Below are positions 51,919 to 63,229 of a stretch of 64,000 bases of DNA, one piece after another. Origin of the DNA: an uncultured Candidatus Rokubacteria bacterium (GTDB taxonomy: Bacteria > Methylomirabilota > Methylomirabilia > Rokubacteriales > DASRDR01). A model generated the notes under the pieces. The model saw nothing but the letters and a program-made list of their open reading frames with translations, did not search any database and was not told the DNA's origin. The translations under genes and the position numbers were made by a program. Where the stretch lies: contig CAWGVS010000012.1 in assembly GCA_963826115.1 (NCBI GenBank), positions 800,001 through 864,000 of the forward strand, written 5' to 3'. How positions within the stretch are numbered: the first letter of the stretch is position 1; each line of letters begins with the position of its first letter.

Positions 51919-52287
51919 CTAGACGCCCTCGAGCGGCTCGTCGCGCCCGCGGAGCCGGGCGATCTCCTCCCGCATGGCGCCCCGTCCGGCTTCGAACGCG
52001 GCCTTCAGCTGGGCCGAGGTGTCCTCGACCACCTCCCGGCCGCGCCCGAGATACTCCTGGGCCCGCACCTGGGCGTCGCCCACGGTCTCCTGCGCCCGCT
52101 TCGCCAGCTCCGTTCCGCGCTCCCGGGCCTGGCGGGCCCAGTCCGTGCCCTTCTCGCGCAGGAGCTCCCGCGTCTCCTCCCCGGTCTTCGGGGCGAGCAG
52201 GAGCGCGGCGGCGGCGCCGATGATCGCGCCCACGGCGAGGAGGCCCAGCGCGCCGAGGAAGTTCAGGTCGTCGCGGTCGTCACTCAT
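51919..52287 (-). CDS. YtxH-domain protein
   Basis: GAIIGAAAALLLAPKTGEETR. Confidence 0.88.
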   Translation of the reverse strand: MSDDRDDLNFLGALGLLAVGAIIGAAAALLLAPKTGEETRELLREKGTDWARQARERGTELAKRAQETVGDAQVRAQEYLGRGREVVEDTSAQLKAAFEAGRGAMREEIARLRGRDEPLEGV

Positions 52288-52678
52288 GGCTCACTCCCTT
52301 GCCGCGGGTCTTCCCGAGCCGGTGCACGAAGACATCGAGCCCCTTCTGGAGGCCTCGCGCGATGCCGACGACCCGCCCCACGGTCCCGAAGCTCGACAGG
52401 AGGGTCGTCAGGTTCGTGACCCGGGCGAGCACGTCCTGGGCCATGAGCGCGATCCCCTCGATTTGCCGGAGGTCCTTGGTCGCCTGCTGGGCGAGCGTCC
52501 GGTGCTCCTGGAGCAGCGCCTGGACCTGGGTGGTCAGGGGCTTCAACTCGTGATCGACGGTCGTCAGGGTCTGCTCCGCCGCCCGCGCCGTCCGGGCCAC
52601 CTGGAGGAGAGCCGGGATGACCGCGATCACGAGCGCGAGGAAAGCGAGGCTCGCGATCAGCGCTGCGACCTGTAGCAC
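52280..52678 (-). CDS. DUF948/YoxC-like membrane-anchored coiled-coil protein
   Basis: N-terminal TM helix plus coiled coil; overlaps the YtxH gene, a common pairing. Confidence 0.75.
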   Translation of the reverse strand: MLQVAALIASLAFLALVIAVIPALLQVARTARAAEQTLTTVDHELKPLTTQVQALLQEHRTLAQQATKDLRQIEGIALMAQDVLARVTNLTTLLSSFGTVGRVVGIARGLQKGLDVFVHRLGKTRGKGVSHE

Positions 52679-52713
52679 GGGGGGCCCCTTTGGTGTGGCG
52701 AGGTTGAGCTCCC

Positions 52714-52790
52714 ACGCTAACAGACGGCGCAGGTCCGCGTCAAATCTGGCCCGGCCGTGTTTGACGCTGTCTTGCCCGCCCCCGTATACT
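52714..52790. promoter_or_regulatory. Back-to-back divergent sigma70 promoters
   Basis: Minus: TTGACG-N18-TAGCGT (52743-52714); plus: TTGACG-N18-TATACT (52761-52790). Confidence 0.65.
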
Positions 52791-52858
52791 GATCAACCGA
52801 TGTTTCCCCCGGCAGTACCTTCCACTAACGCTGCTATCGCTGCGTCCGAGGACCGCCC

Positions 52859-54405
<1,547 letters not shown>

Positions 54406-54409
<4 letters not shown>

Positions 54410-56124
54410 CGGCGCCGGGCGAGGGACAGGCGCCCCCGGCCCCGGAGCCCGCCGGCCCCGCGGCGCGCCGGCCGGCCCGGCTCGAGGACGCACTCGCGCG
54501 CTGGGAGCAGGAGACACTCCGGCCCGCGATCGCCCGGACGCCCGAGCGCCCGTACCTCGAGACGTCCTGGGGCGCGCCCGCGCCCCGCCTCGGCACGCCC
54601 GCGGATCTCGGAGGCTTCGACTACGAGCGGGAGCTCGGGTTCCCCGGGGAGTATCCCTACACGCGGGGCATCCAGTCGACGATGTACCGGGGCCGCTTCT
54701 GGACGATGCGCCAGTACGCGGGCTTCGGGAGCGCCGCCGAGACCAACCGGCGGTTCCACTACCTCCTGGCGGCCGGCCAGACGGGGCTGTCGGTCGCGTT
54801 CGACCTGCCGACCCAGATGGGCCACGACGCGGACGCCCCGGCGGCGCGGAGCGAGGTCGGCCGCGTGGGGGTGTCGATCTCGAGCGTCGACGACATGGCC
54901 GAGCTCCTCCACGAGCTCCCGCTGGACCGCGTCTCGACGTCGATGACGATCAACGCGACCGCGGCGACGCTCCTGGCCCTCTACCTCGCGGTGGCCGCCC
55001 GTCGGGGCGTCGCCGCGACGCGCCTGTCCGGCACGGTCCAGAACGACATCCTCAAGGAGTTCATCGCTCGCGGCACCTACATCTTCCCGCCGGGGCCCTC
55101 GCTCCGGCTGGTCACGGACGTCTTCGGCTACTGCAAGGACCGTGTGCCGCGATGGAACACGATCTCGATCTCCGGCTACCACATGCGCGAGGCGGGCGCC
55201 ACCGCCGTCCAGGAGGTGGCCTTCACGCTGGCCAACGCGGTGACCTACGTGCAGGCGGCCCAGGCGGCGGGCCTCCACGTCGACGCGTTCGCCCCCCAGC
55301 TGTCCTTCTTCTTCAACGCCCACAACGACCTCCTCGAGGAGGTCGCGAAGTTCCGCGCGGCGCGGCGGCTCTGGGCGCGCCTCATGCGGGAACGGTTCGG
55401 CGCGCGGGACCCGCGGTCGATGATGCTGCGGTTCCACGCCCAGACGGCGGGCTCGACGCTGACCGCGCAGCAGCCCGAGAACAACGTCGCCCGCGTGACC
55501 GTCCAGGCGCTGGCCGCCATCCTCGGCGGCTGCCAGTCGCTCCACACGAACTCGATGGACGAGGCCCTGGCGCTCCCCTCCGAAGCGGCGGCGCGCACCG
55601 CGCTCCGGACACAGCAGGTGCTGGCCTGGGAATCGGGCGTCGCGGCGACCGTCGACCCGCTCGGCGGGGCGTACGCGGTCGAGCGCCTGACCCGGGACAT
55701 CGAGGACGGCGCGGTGGCCTATCTCGACAAGATCGACGGGCTCGGCGGCGCGGTGGCGGCCATCCCCTTCATGCAGCGGGAGATCCAGGACGCGGCGTAC
55801 CGGCACCAGCAGGAGGTCGAGAGCCGCGCGCGCGTGGTTGTCGGCGTCAACGACTTCGTCGTCGACGAGTCGCCGCCCACGGCGCTCTTCCGGCACGATG
55901 CGGCGGTCGAGGCGCGGCAGGCCGAGCGGCTCGCCGACCTCCGGCGGCGCCGGGACGCCGCCCGGGCGGCCCGGGCGCTCGACGCGATCGAGCAGGCGGC
56001 CCGCGGCACCGAGAACCTAGTGCCCCGGCTCCTCGAGGCCGTGCAGGCGGGCGTGACCCTGGGCGAGATCGGCACGCGGCTCCGCGCCGTCTTCGGCGTC
56101 CACCGGCCGTCGGTGGCCTTCTGA
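54406..56124 (+). CDS. mcmA: Methylmalonyl-CoA mutase, substrate-binding (N-terminal) subunit
   Basis: [35 protein letters not shown]; no DxHxxG B12 domain. Confidence 0.9.
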
Positions 56125-56127
56125 CCC

Positions 56128-57996
56128 ATGCGTGACGTGAGACGTGACCGGGCCCACAGTCGCCGGGCAGTACCGCTCCTGCTCGCGGTCGTCCTCGCGC
56201 TCGTCGCGGGGGCGACGCCGGTGCGCGCGGACGTCCTGCAGGACCTCGGCGCGACGTACCAGAAGACGGCCGAGCAGCTGGCAGCGGTGTTCCCGCGCGT
56301 CGAGGTCCAGGTCACCGCGGTCGCCGGGGAGACGCTCCGGGTCGAAGGCGCCGGCGTCGGAAACCTGCGCCCGGGGCTCGAGCTCGCCCTCTACCGGAAA
56401 GGCGAGGTCTTCCGGCATCCGGTGACGAACCAGCCGCTCGGGCACGCCGAGACAGTGCTCGGCACGCTCGTGATCACGGCCGTCGAGCCGAACGCCGCCA
56501 CGGGACGCCTCGTGCCGCCCGCGGGCCGCAGCGCGCCGCCGCCGGCCCCCGGGGACGGCGCGCGCATCACGGCGGGCCGGCTGCCGGTCGCCGTGCTACC
56601 GACGACCGGGGTCCAAGCGGCCTTCGAGAGCTCCGACCAGACCCAGCTGCTCCTCGTGGCGCGGTTCTCGGCGATCCTCGACAAGACGGGCCGCTTCCTG
56701 TCGGTCGACGCCCAGCGGGTGCTGGACGTCTTCGGCCGGACGGGCGGGTCGAGCCCGTCCCCCCTCGAGGTGAGCCGGAAGCTCGGGGGGGTGGCGGTGG
56801 TGACTTCCCGTCTGGTCCGCGACGGCCCCGCCCGCGTCCTCGAGACCACCTGGATCTCCGGCCAGACGGGCGCGACCCTCGCCAGCGTGCGCGCGCCCCT
56901 CACGCCGTCGACCTATCCGCCGCGCTTCGCCTGGGAGGAGACCCCCGAGCTCGAGCGCAAGTTCCCGCTCGACGGGCCGGTCCGCGCGCTCGCGCTCGGC
57001 GACCTCGACGGGGACGGGCGGGCCGAGCTGGTGATCGCCGACGACCAGACCGTCACCGCCTACCGCGCGGCGGAGGGCGCGGCGCCGGTCGCCGTCGAGG
57101 GGATGACCTTCCGCGCGGGCGGGCTGATCCTGTCCGTGGACATCGCGCCCGTCATGGGGACGGGCCGATCCCAGCTGGTCGTCGTGGACCAGCGCGGCCA
57201 GGGCCGCCCGGGCATCCGCGCGCGCGTGCTGGAGTGGGCCGGCGCGGAGGGCTTCCGCACGATCTACGACACCAGCGGACGGTACCTCCGCGTGGTGCGG
57301 GTCGGCGCGGAGAACTGGCTCCTCGAGCAGGACGCCGCCGAGGACGAGCCGTTCGAGCCCGAGATCCGGCGCCTCGTCTGGGACGGCGAGCGGTTCCGCG
57401 ACGCCCTGCGGCTGCGCATCCCCCGCGGCGTCAGCGTCTACGGGCTCGCGCTCATGCGGCTCACCGGCGCGCCAGAGCCCGAGGTCGTCGCCTTCGCGGA
57501 CGACTTCCGGCTGACCGTCTGGACCGCGAAGGGGCAGCGCCTCTGGACGAGCACGGACCCGCTCGGGGGCTCGGCCATCACCTTCGAGTACGTGCCCCTG
57601 GGCGGCGCCCGCCGCCAGGGCGGCGTGGACAGCCAGGTCGGGCGCATCGCCGGCCGGGTCGTGCCCCTGGCCGCCGGGCCGGCCGGCGCCGAGATCCTCG
57701 TTTACGAGAACATCCTTCCAGCGCTCCAGCAGGGGCGCGGCATCCTTCCCCGCCTGGCGGCCACCCTGTACAACCGGGGCCGGATCCACCGGCTCCGCTG
57801 GAAGGACGGGGCGTTCGTCCGGATCTGGCAGAGCGGGGTCAGCGAGGGGTACATCGCCGACTTCGGCTACGGCGACATGGACGGGGACGGGCTCCCGGAG
57901 GTGGTGGTGGGGGTGGTTCCCCGAGGGTTCGACCTGGAGACCCTCAACCCCGTAGGACGCCTCAGGGGTCGTATCCTCGTCTACGAGCTCCCCTAG
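56128..57996 (+). CDS. Secreted FG-GAP/VCBS-repeat protein
   Basis: Signal peptide; GDLDGDGRAELV and GDMDGDGLPEVV motifs. Confidence 0.8.
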   Translation: MRDVRRDRAHSRRAVPLLLAVVLALVAGATPVRADVLQDLGATYQKTAEQLAAVFPRVEVQVTAVAGETLRVEGAGVGNLRPGLELALYRKGEVFRHPVTNQPLGHAETVLGTLVITAVEPNAATGRLVPPAGRSAPPPAPGDGARITAGRLPVAVLPTTGVQAAFESSDQTQLLLVARFSAILDKTGRFLSVDAQRVLDVFGRTGGSSPSPLEVSRKLGGVAVVTSRLVRDGPARVLETTWISGQTGATLASVRAPLTPSTYPPRFAWEETPELERKFPLDGPVRALALGDLDGDGRAELVIADDQTVTAYRAAEGAAPVAVEGMTFRAGGLILSVDIAPVMGTGRSQLVVVDQRGQGRPGIRARVLEWAGAEGFRTIYDTSGRYLRVVRVGAENWLLEQDAAEDEPFEPEIRRLVWDGERFRDALRLRIPRGVSVYGLALMRLTGAPEPEVVAFADDFRLTVWTAKGQRLWTSTDPLGGSAITFEYVPLGGARRQGGVDSQVGRIAGRVVPLAAGPAGAEILVYENILPALQQGRGILPRLAATLYNRGRIHRLRWKDGAFVRIWQSGVSEGYIADFGYGDMDGDGLPEVVVGVVPRGFDLETLNPVGRLRGRILVYELP

Positions 57997-58012
57997 GGGT
58001 GGGGGTTTGACC

Positions 58013-58058
58013 CCGGTCCCCGGGGCCAACTGGCCGGTTCCCGGGCCCAAACTGGCCG
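58013..58058 (+). repeat. Tandem imperfect ~22-bp direct repeat upstream of the porin promoter
   Basis: AACTGGCCG at 58028 and 58050. Confidence 0.5.
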
Positions 58059-58080
58059 TCGCGTCAGGGTGAAACGGGGC

Positions 58081-58110
58081 TTGACATGCCTTTTCGGCCG
58101 GTGCTAGGGT
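58081..58110 (+). promoter_or_regulatory. Promoter of the porin gene
   Basis: TTGACA-N18-TAGGGT with TG extension. Confidence 0.6.
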
Positions 58111-58315
58111 TGCCTCGGCTTTCTGGCATTGTCTTGACGTGTCCCCGGCGACCGGCCGGGCAGAGTTCATGCGGGAAGGGGGGTGGTGCTGGGCACCAGC
58201 GGGGGCCTCACAGCCCGTGATCACTGAAGCAAGGAAGCAAGGCACTCATCGTAGTTTCGGCAGTCCCCTATAAACGGGCGCCATCCGAATGGGATGGCAC
58301 CGGGAGGTGCGGGTA

Positions 58316-59857
58316 ATGAAGCGAGCGCTAGCGTTGCTCGTCGGGGGGGTGCTGATCCTCGGATCGGCCCTCGCCGCGCACGCGCAGGCCCCGACCGTCA
58401 GCTTCGGCGGGCAGATGCGCGTTTACGGCTTCGCATTCAACAACATGACGGACTTCACGGACAGCGGTCCGAACGGTGCCAACCGGGACAGCCAGAGCTT
58501 CTACTTCCAGCGCTGGCGTCTGTGGACCAACGTCGAGAGCGCCGACAAGAAGGCCAAGGCAGTGTGGGGCCTCGAGGTCGGTGACATCACTTGGGGTCGG
58601 CAGGGCGGTGCGTCGGGCGGTGAGTTTCTGGGTTGTCCCGGCGGCAATCCGCTGGCGAATAGCAGCATAAGCGGCACTGCCACGATCCCGGCCCCGGCGG
58701 GATCGCCGCCGGGGACGCCGCCGACGGTCGTGAATGTGCCGGTCAATCCGGCTGTGAGTCCGTACGACCGGACCAGACAGGGTTCAGGTGGCTGTCTCGG
58801 CGCTGACGGTGTGAACGTCGAGACCAAGCACGCGTACATCTGGCTCGATACCGCGCAGTGGGTGCCCGGCTCCTCGATCACGCTCGGTATTCAGAGCATC
58901 GTCATGATGGCCGGCCCGTTGGGCGGGTTCTTCGATGAGGACGGTGCTGCGATCAAGCTCAACATGAAGTTCGATCCGGTTGACATCGAGGTCTGGGCGG
59001 CCAAGTCCGGCGAGGGCGCCAACGCCAACGCCGACGACTCGGATATCTACGTGGCGCGCGTGGGCGCAAACGTCACGAAGGAGATCCGGGTCACGCTGGA
59101 GGGGATGCTCGTCAACGAGCAAGCCCTCGCCGGGGCGAACCTGGGCGATACCTACTGGATTGGCGCAACGGTTGGCGCCAAGCTCGGCACGGTTCAGCTC
59201 GACGGGGCGATGGTCTATGGGCAGCGGTCCTTCTCCCGCGCGGTTTCGGCAGGAGCGGGCAATCCGTTCACAGAGGAGGGATTCGGCTTCTTCGCGACGG
59301 CGCAGATTCCGATTGGTCCCCTCAGCGTGTTCGCGTCGGGCTGGTACACGACGGGTGACGAGAATGTTGGTCCGGCGGGCTGCGGCGTGAACGCCGCGGG
59401 CGTCGTGGTTCCTGGCACGAACGTGGGTTGCGGGGCTCCGGGTGCTCCGGGCGTCTCACCCCGCCGGTTGCCGGCGGACTCTGACAAGCTCCCGGTTCCG
59501 GAGTCGGGTGCCAGCTGGGGCAACGGCCCGTTCATCGCGGAGTGGCTCTTCGGTAACGCCTCGATCGGCGGCCCGTCGGTCGGGCAGGTGCACTACAACG
59601 ACAACAGCGGCACCTGGGGTCTCGGTGCCTCGGTCACGTACGCTCTGACGCCGGCTTTCTCGTTCGGCGGCGGCGCGGCGTACGTGATGGCGACGGATCA
59701 GCAAGGCCCGTACGGCGACTCGTTGTTCGAAATCGACGCCGGGGCCACGTACCGCTTCAACCCGAACCTGGTCTTCAACCTGTTCGGCGGTGTGATGCTT
59801 CCGGACAAGGGTGACATGGCGTACGCCTTCACCTTCCGCACGCAGTACTCGTTCTAG
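58316..59857 (+). CDS. Outer-membrane beta-barrel porin (resembles Desulfovibrio-type homotrimeric porins)
   Basis: GGGAGG SD, signal peptide AHA-Q, amphipathic strands, LEVGDITWG..GG.LGADGVNVETKHAY, C-terminal TQYSF. Confidence 0.8.
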   Translation: MKRALALLVGGVLILGSALAAHAQAPTVSFGGQMRVYGFAFNNMTDFTDSGPNGANRDSQSFYFQRWRLWTNVESADKKAKAVWGLEVGDITWGRQGGASGGEFLGCPGGNPLANSSISGTATIPAPAGSPPGTPPTVVNVPVNPAVSPYDRTRQGSGGCLGADGVNVETKHAYIWLDTAQWVPGSSITLGIQSIVMMAGPLGGFFDEDGAAIKLNMKFDPVDIEVWAAKSGEGANANADDSDIYVARVGANVTKEIRVTLEGMLVNEQALAGANLGDTYWIGATVGAKLGTVQLDGAMVYGQRSFSRAVSAGAGNPFTEEGFGFFATAQIPIGPLSVFASGWYTTGDENVGPAGCGVNAAGVVVPGTNVGCGAPGAPGVSPRRLPADSDKLPVPESGASWGNGPFIAEWLFGNASIGGPSVGQVHYNDNSGTWGLGASVTYALTPAFSFGGGAAYVMATDQQGPYGDSLFEIDAGATYRFNPNLVFNLFGGVMLPDKGDMAYAFTFRTQYSF

Positions 59858-59875
59858 CACCTGATCGGTAGCGTG

Positions 59876-59912
59876 ACGCCCCAGGGGGAAACCCCCTGGG
59901 GCGTTTTTCTTT
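59876..59912 (+). terminator. Strong intrinsic terminator
   Basis: ACGCCCCAGGGGG-AAA-CCCCCTGGGGCGT followed by TTTTCTTT. Confidence 0.9.
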
Positions 59913-59969
59913 CCCCTTGATTCCCGCGAGGGCCGACCAGACAATGACCGCGCGAGGGGTCTGACATCC

Positions 59970-60815
59970 ATGTCAATCGCCCGGCGTCACGTCGTGATTC
60001 ATGGCCTCGTCCTGACGCTCGGGCTGTCGTGGGCCGTTTCGAGCCATCCCCAGACTCCCCCGCGCGTCGTCCGGGTGGCGCTCCTGCCGCAGTGGGTGAT
60101 CCAGCAGCACGCGGCGCGGCCCCTCCTGGCCGAGGCCATCGCGGGCGGGGTCGTCGATCGGACCGTGTTCGCGTGGCAGCGCGGCGTGATCCAGCGTCAG
60201 GCGCTCGTGTCGAAGCCGATCCGCGTCGTGCCGGATCCGGCCCCCCTCGGAGGGCGAGGTCGGTTCGACGTCGTCGCCGTGCGTCCCCCGGCCGGCCGGG
60301 CGGCGTGGACCGAGATCGAGGTGAGCCCGGCGAGCGCGGGCCCGGACGACGTGCTCCTCCTCGAGATCGGTGGCGAGCGCAACACGATCACGCAGGTGCT
60401 CGAGACACTCATGCTCGCCGAGCCCGGCCGCCCGCTCGTCACGGTGCCGCTTGCGCGGCCGGCCCTCGTGACGGGCGCCGGCGTGCCGGTCGTCGCGGCG
60501 ACCTTCGACGCGCCGCTTCCGCCCGCGATGGCCCAGCGGTTCCGCCCGGAGGCGGGCATCGACCTCCTGGTGGCCCGGAGCCCGCTCTGGGACGTGCGGA
60601 ACGGGGACGTGACGTCGAGCGGCCGCGCCGACACCGTGCCGTTCAGCGGCGGCGACTGGCGGGAGGGCGACCGCGTGTTCCTGCGCATCCCCGCCGCCAC
60701 GCTCGCGCAAGGCGCGCCCGGGATCGTGCTGGGGTGGAAGGACCGGACCCTCCAGAACGACCCGAATGCCGACTTCCCGCGCCGCTCCTCCCTGCCGTTG
60801 CCCGTCATCCGCTGA
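59970..60815 (+). CDS. Hypothetical secreted protein
   Basis: Coding-like ORF with N-terminal hydrophobic segment; no recognised family. Confidence 0.65.
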   Translation: MSIARRHVVIHGLVLTLGLSWAVSSHPQTPPRVVRVALLPQWVIQQHAARPLLAEAIAGGVVDRTVFAWQRGVIQRQALVSKPIRVVPDPAPLGGRGRFDVVAVRPPAGRAAWTEIEVSPASAGPDDVLLLEIGGERNTITQVLETLMLAEPGRPLVTVPLARPALVTGAGVPVVAATFDAPLPPAMAQRFRPEAGIDLLVARSPLWDVRNGDVTSSGRADTVPFSGGDWREGDRVFLRIPAATLAQGAPGIVLGWKDRTLQNDPNADFPRRSSLPLPVIR

Positions 60816-60862
60816 CCCGTGGCGATGCGGCGCGGGCGCGGGCCGGTCGCGAGGCGTCTCGC

Positions 60863-61861
60863 GTGAGCCTCGGCCTGGAGGGGACCCTCCGCGCGCGGCT
60901 CCTCGAGCTCGTCGGTGACGCGCTCCAGGCCTGCGAGGCGGAGATCAATCGCGAGCTGGCCGACTCCCCGGTCCAGCTCGTCCGGGACCTCGGGGAGCAC
61001 GTCGGGCTCGCCGGCGGGAAGCGCCTCCGGCCGATTCTGGTCCTCCTGAGCGGGGCGCTCGGCGCGGAGAAGAGCGCCCGCGCGGTGCGGCTCGGCTGCG
61101 TGGTCGAGCTCCTCCACACGGCGACGCTGATCCACGACGACGTGGTGGACGAGGCGCCGCTCCGGCGGGGCCGGCCGTCAGCCCACGCGCGCTTCGGGGT
61201 GGACGCGGCGGTGCTGGTGGGGGACCACTTCTACTCGCGCTGCATGGCGCTCCTCGTGCGGGACGGCGATCTGCGGGTGATGGAGTCCCTGGCCGCCGCG
61301 ATGGTCTCGATGACCGAGGCGGAGGTCTTCCAGCTCGAGAAGAAGCGCGCGGGGGAGCTGTCGGAGACCGACTACCTCCGGATCATCCGCCAGAAGACGG
61401 CGACGTTCATGTCGGCGTGCTGCCGGATCGGCGGGATCGCCGGCGGGCTCGAGGCCGACGCCGTCGAGGCGCTGGCGACGTACGGGGAACGGCTCGGCAT
61501 CGCGTTCCAGATCATCGACGACTCGCTGGACTTCGCCGCCGACCCGACGCGCCTGGGGAAGGCCATCGGGCACGACCTCCTCGAGGGAAAGCGCACGCTT
61601 CCCCTCATCGTCACCCTCGACCGGGCCACGGACGAGGAGCGGACGCGCATCCTGGAAGCGCTCGGGCGCCCCGGTCTCCAGGACGCGGACGTCGCCGAGG
61701 TCCACCGGCTCGTCAAGGTCTACGACGGCGTCGGCTACTCCGTGGCGCGCGCGTCGGCGTACGCGGAGGCCGGCGTGGCCGCGCTCCAGCGGTTCCCGGA
61801 CTCGCCCGCCCGCCAGATCCTGACCCTCATCGGCGACTACGTGATCCATCGGGACCGATGA
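60863..61861 (+). CDS. ispB: Polyprenyl diphosphate synthase
   Basis: GGKRLRP, HDDVVD...RRG, FQIIDDSLD. Confidence 0.9.
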   Translation: MSLGLEGTLRARLLELVGDALQACEAEINRELADSPVQLVRDLGEHVGLAGGKRLRPILVLLSGALGAEKSARAVRLGCVVELLHTATLIHDDVVDEAPLRRGRPSAHARFGVDAAVLVGDHFYSRCMALLVRDGDLRVMESLAAAMVSMTEAEVFQLEKKRAGELSETDYLRIIRQKTATFMSACCRIGGIAGGLEADAVEALATYGERLGIAFQIIDDSLDFAADPTRLGKAIGHDLLEGKRTLPLIVTLDRATDEERTRILEALGRPGLQDADVAEVHRLVKVYDGVGYSVARASAYAEAGVAALQRFPDSPARQILTLIGDYVIHRDR

Positions 61862-62871
61862 GGCGGCGGGGGCCGCGCCCGCGCGGCCCAAGTCGCGTCG
61901 TCACCCTGCTCACCGACTTCGGCCTCGACGACGCGTACGTCGGGACCGTGAAGGGCGTCCTCCTCGGCATCAACCCCCGGGCGCGGCTCGTCGATCTCGC
62001 CCACACCATCCCGCCGCAGGACGTCCGGCGGGCGACGCTCCTGCTCGAGACGGCCTGGCGGTTCTTCCCCCGGGGTACGGTGCACCTGGCGGTCGTGGAT
62101 CCTGGCGTCGGCAGCGCCCGCCGCCCGATCGCGGTGGCGGCGGGCGGTCACTACTTCGTCGGTCCGGACAACGGGCTCCTCGGCTTCTGCTTCGACCTGC
62201 CGGGCGCGCGCGGGGTGGCGCTGACGGCGACGCGGTATCACCGGCGGCCGGTGAGCCGGACGTTCCACGGGCGGGACATCTTCGCGCCCGCGGCGGCCCA
62301 CCTGTCGCGCGGGGTCGAGCTGACGGCCCTCGGGCGCCCGATCGGGCGGCCGGCGCGCCTGTCGGCGCCGGCGCCCCGGCGGCGCGCGGGCCGGGTCGAG
62401 GGAGAGGTCCTGCTCGCCGACCGCTTCGGCAACCTCCTGACGAACCTCGAGGGCCGCGCGCTCCCCGGCCCCGCCGCGCGCGGCGTCCTGCGGATCGGCG
62501 GCGCGCGCGTGCGCGGGCTGGTGGGGACCTACGCGGAGCGGCCCCGGCACGCGCTCGGGGCCGCGGTCGACAGCTCCGGGCGCGTCGAGGTCTTCGTGCG
62601 GGAGGGGAGCGCGCGCCGGCGGCTCGGGGTCGGGCCGGGCGCGCCGGTCAGCTGGACGGCGTTGAGGACGGCGTCGAGGCCGGCTTCTCGGCCGGTTTCG
62701 CGGCCGCCCCGTCGCTCGAGCTCGACGATGAGGTCGTCGAGGCGGCCGTCGTCGACGAGGTCGACGAAGTCGTCGAGGCCGGCTCGCTCGACTTCTTCTC
62801 GGCCTCCATCCCCTTCTTCCGGCCCGCGGAGGGGTAGTCGGTCACGTACCAGCCCCCGCCCTTCAGGATGA
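61858..62871 (+). CDS. SAM hydrolase / SAM-dependent halogenase family (DUF62); 3' end uncertain
   Basis: TLLTDFG, VVDPGVGSARR, GPDNG, TFHGRDIFAP, DRFGNL.TN; family domain appears to end near 62655. Confidence 0.88.
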   Translation: MRRRGPRPRGPSRVVTLLTDFGLDDAYVGTVKGVLLGINPRARLVDLAHTIPPQDVRRATLLLETAWRFFPRGTVHLAVVDPGVGSARRPIAVAAGGHYFVGPDNGLLGFCFDLPGARGVALTATRYHRRPVSRTFHGRDIFAPAAAHLSRGVELTALGRPIGRPARLSAPAPRRRAGRVEGEVLLADRFGNLLTNLEGRALPGPAARGVLRIGGARVRGLVGTYAERPRHALGAAVDSSGRVEVFVREGSARRRLGVGPGAPVSWTALRTASRPASRPVSRPPRRSSSTMRSSRRPSSTRSTKSSRPARSTSSRPPSPSSGPRRGSRSRTSPRPSG

Positions 62872-63004
62872 ACGGGGCGGCGGACAGGAGGCGGCGGATC
62901 GGCCCGCCGCAGCGATCGCAGGCCGTGAGCGGCGCTTCCGAGATCCGCTGCCGGACCTCGAACGTGCGCTCGCACCGGTCGCACCGGTAGTCGTAGGTGG
63001 GCAC
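62648..63004 (-). CDS. FmdB-family zinc-ribbon protein with Ser/Thr-rich tail
   Basis: PTYDYRCDRC..FE...CDRCGG...KGGGWYVTDY; GGAGGGA SD. Confidence 0.9.
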   Translation of the reverse strand: MPTYDYRCDRCERTFEVRQRISEAPLTACDRCGGPIRRLLSAAPFILKGGGWYVTDYPSAGRKKGMEAEKKSSEPASTTSSTSSTTAASTTSSSSSSDGAAAKPAEKPASTPSSTPSS

Positions 63005-63229
63005 TGCGGTTCCCTCCAACAAAAAGGGCGCGGTCCCGCGCCCTGCTCAGCTCGGGCGCCGGCCGGCGCCGTCGTATCGGCGAGTATAGCACTCGACTCG
63101 CGCGGCTGCCAGGCACCGGGCCGCGCGGCGCCTTTTCGATTGCGGGCGTGCACCCCCCCCTGCTACCATTTCGCTTTGTTCACGGGCCTTTTCCCGACTG
63201 GTCGTCCACGGATTCTCCGGAGGGACCGC

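Noticed and set aside
61858-62655. DUF62 as a fluorinase or chlorinase
   Set aside because: It keeps the Asp/Arg/His residues (VDPGVG..R, FHGRD) typical of SAM hydrolases and has no secondary-metabolite context.
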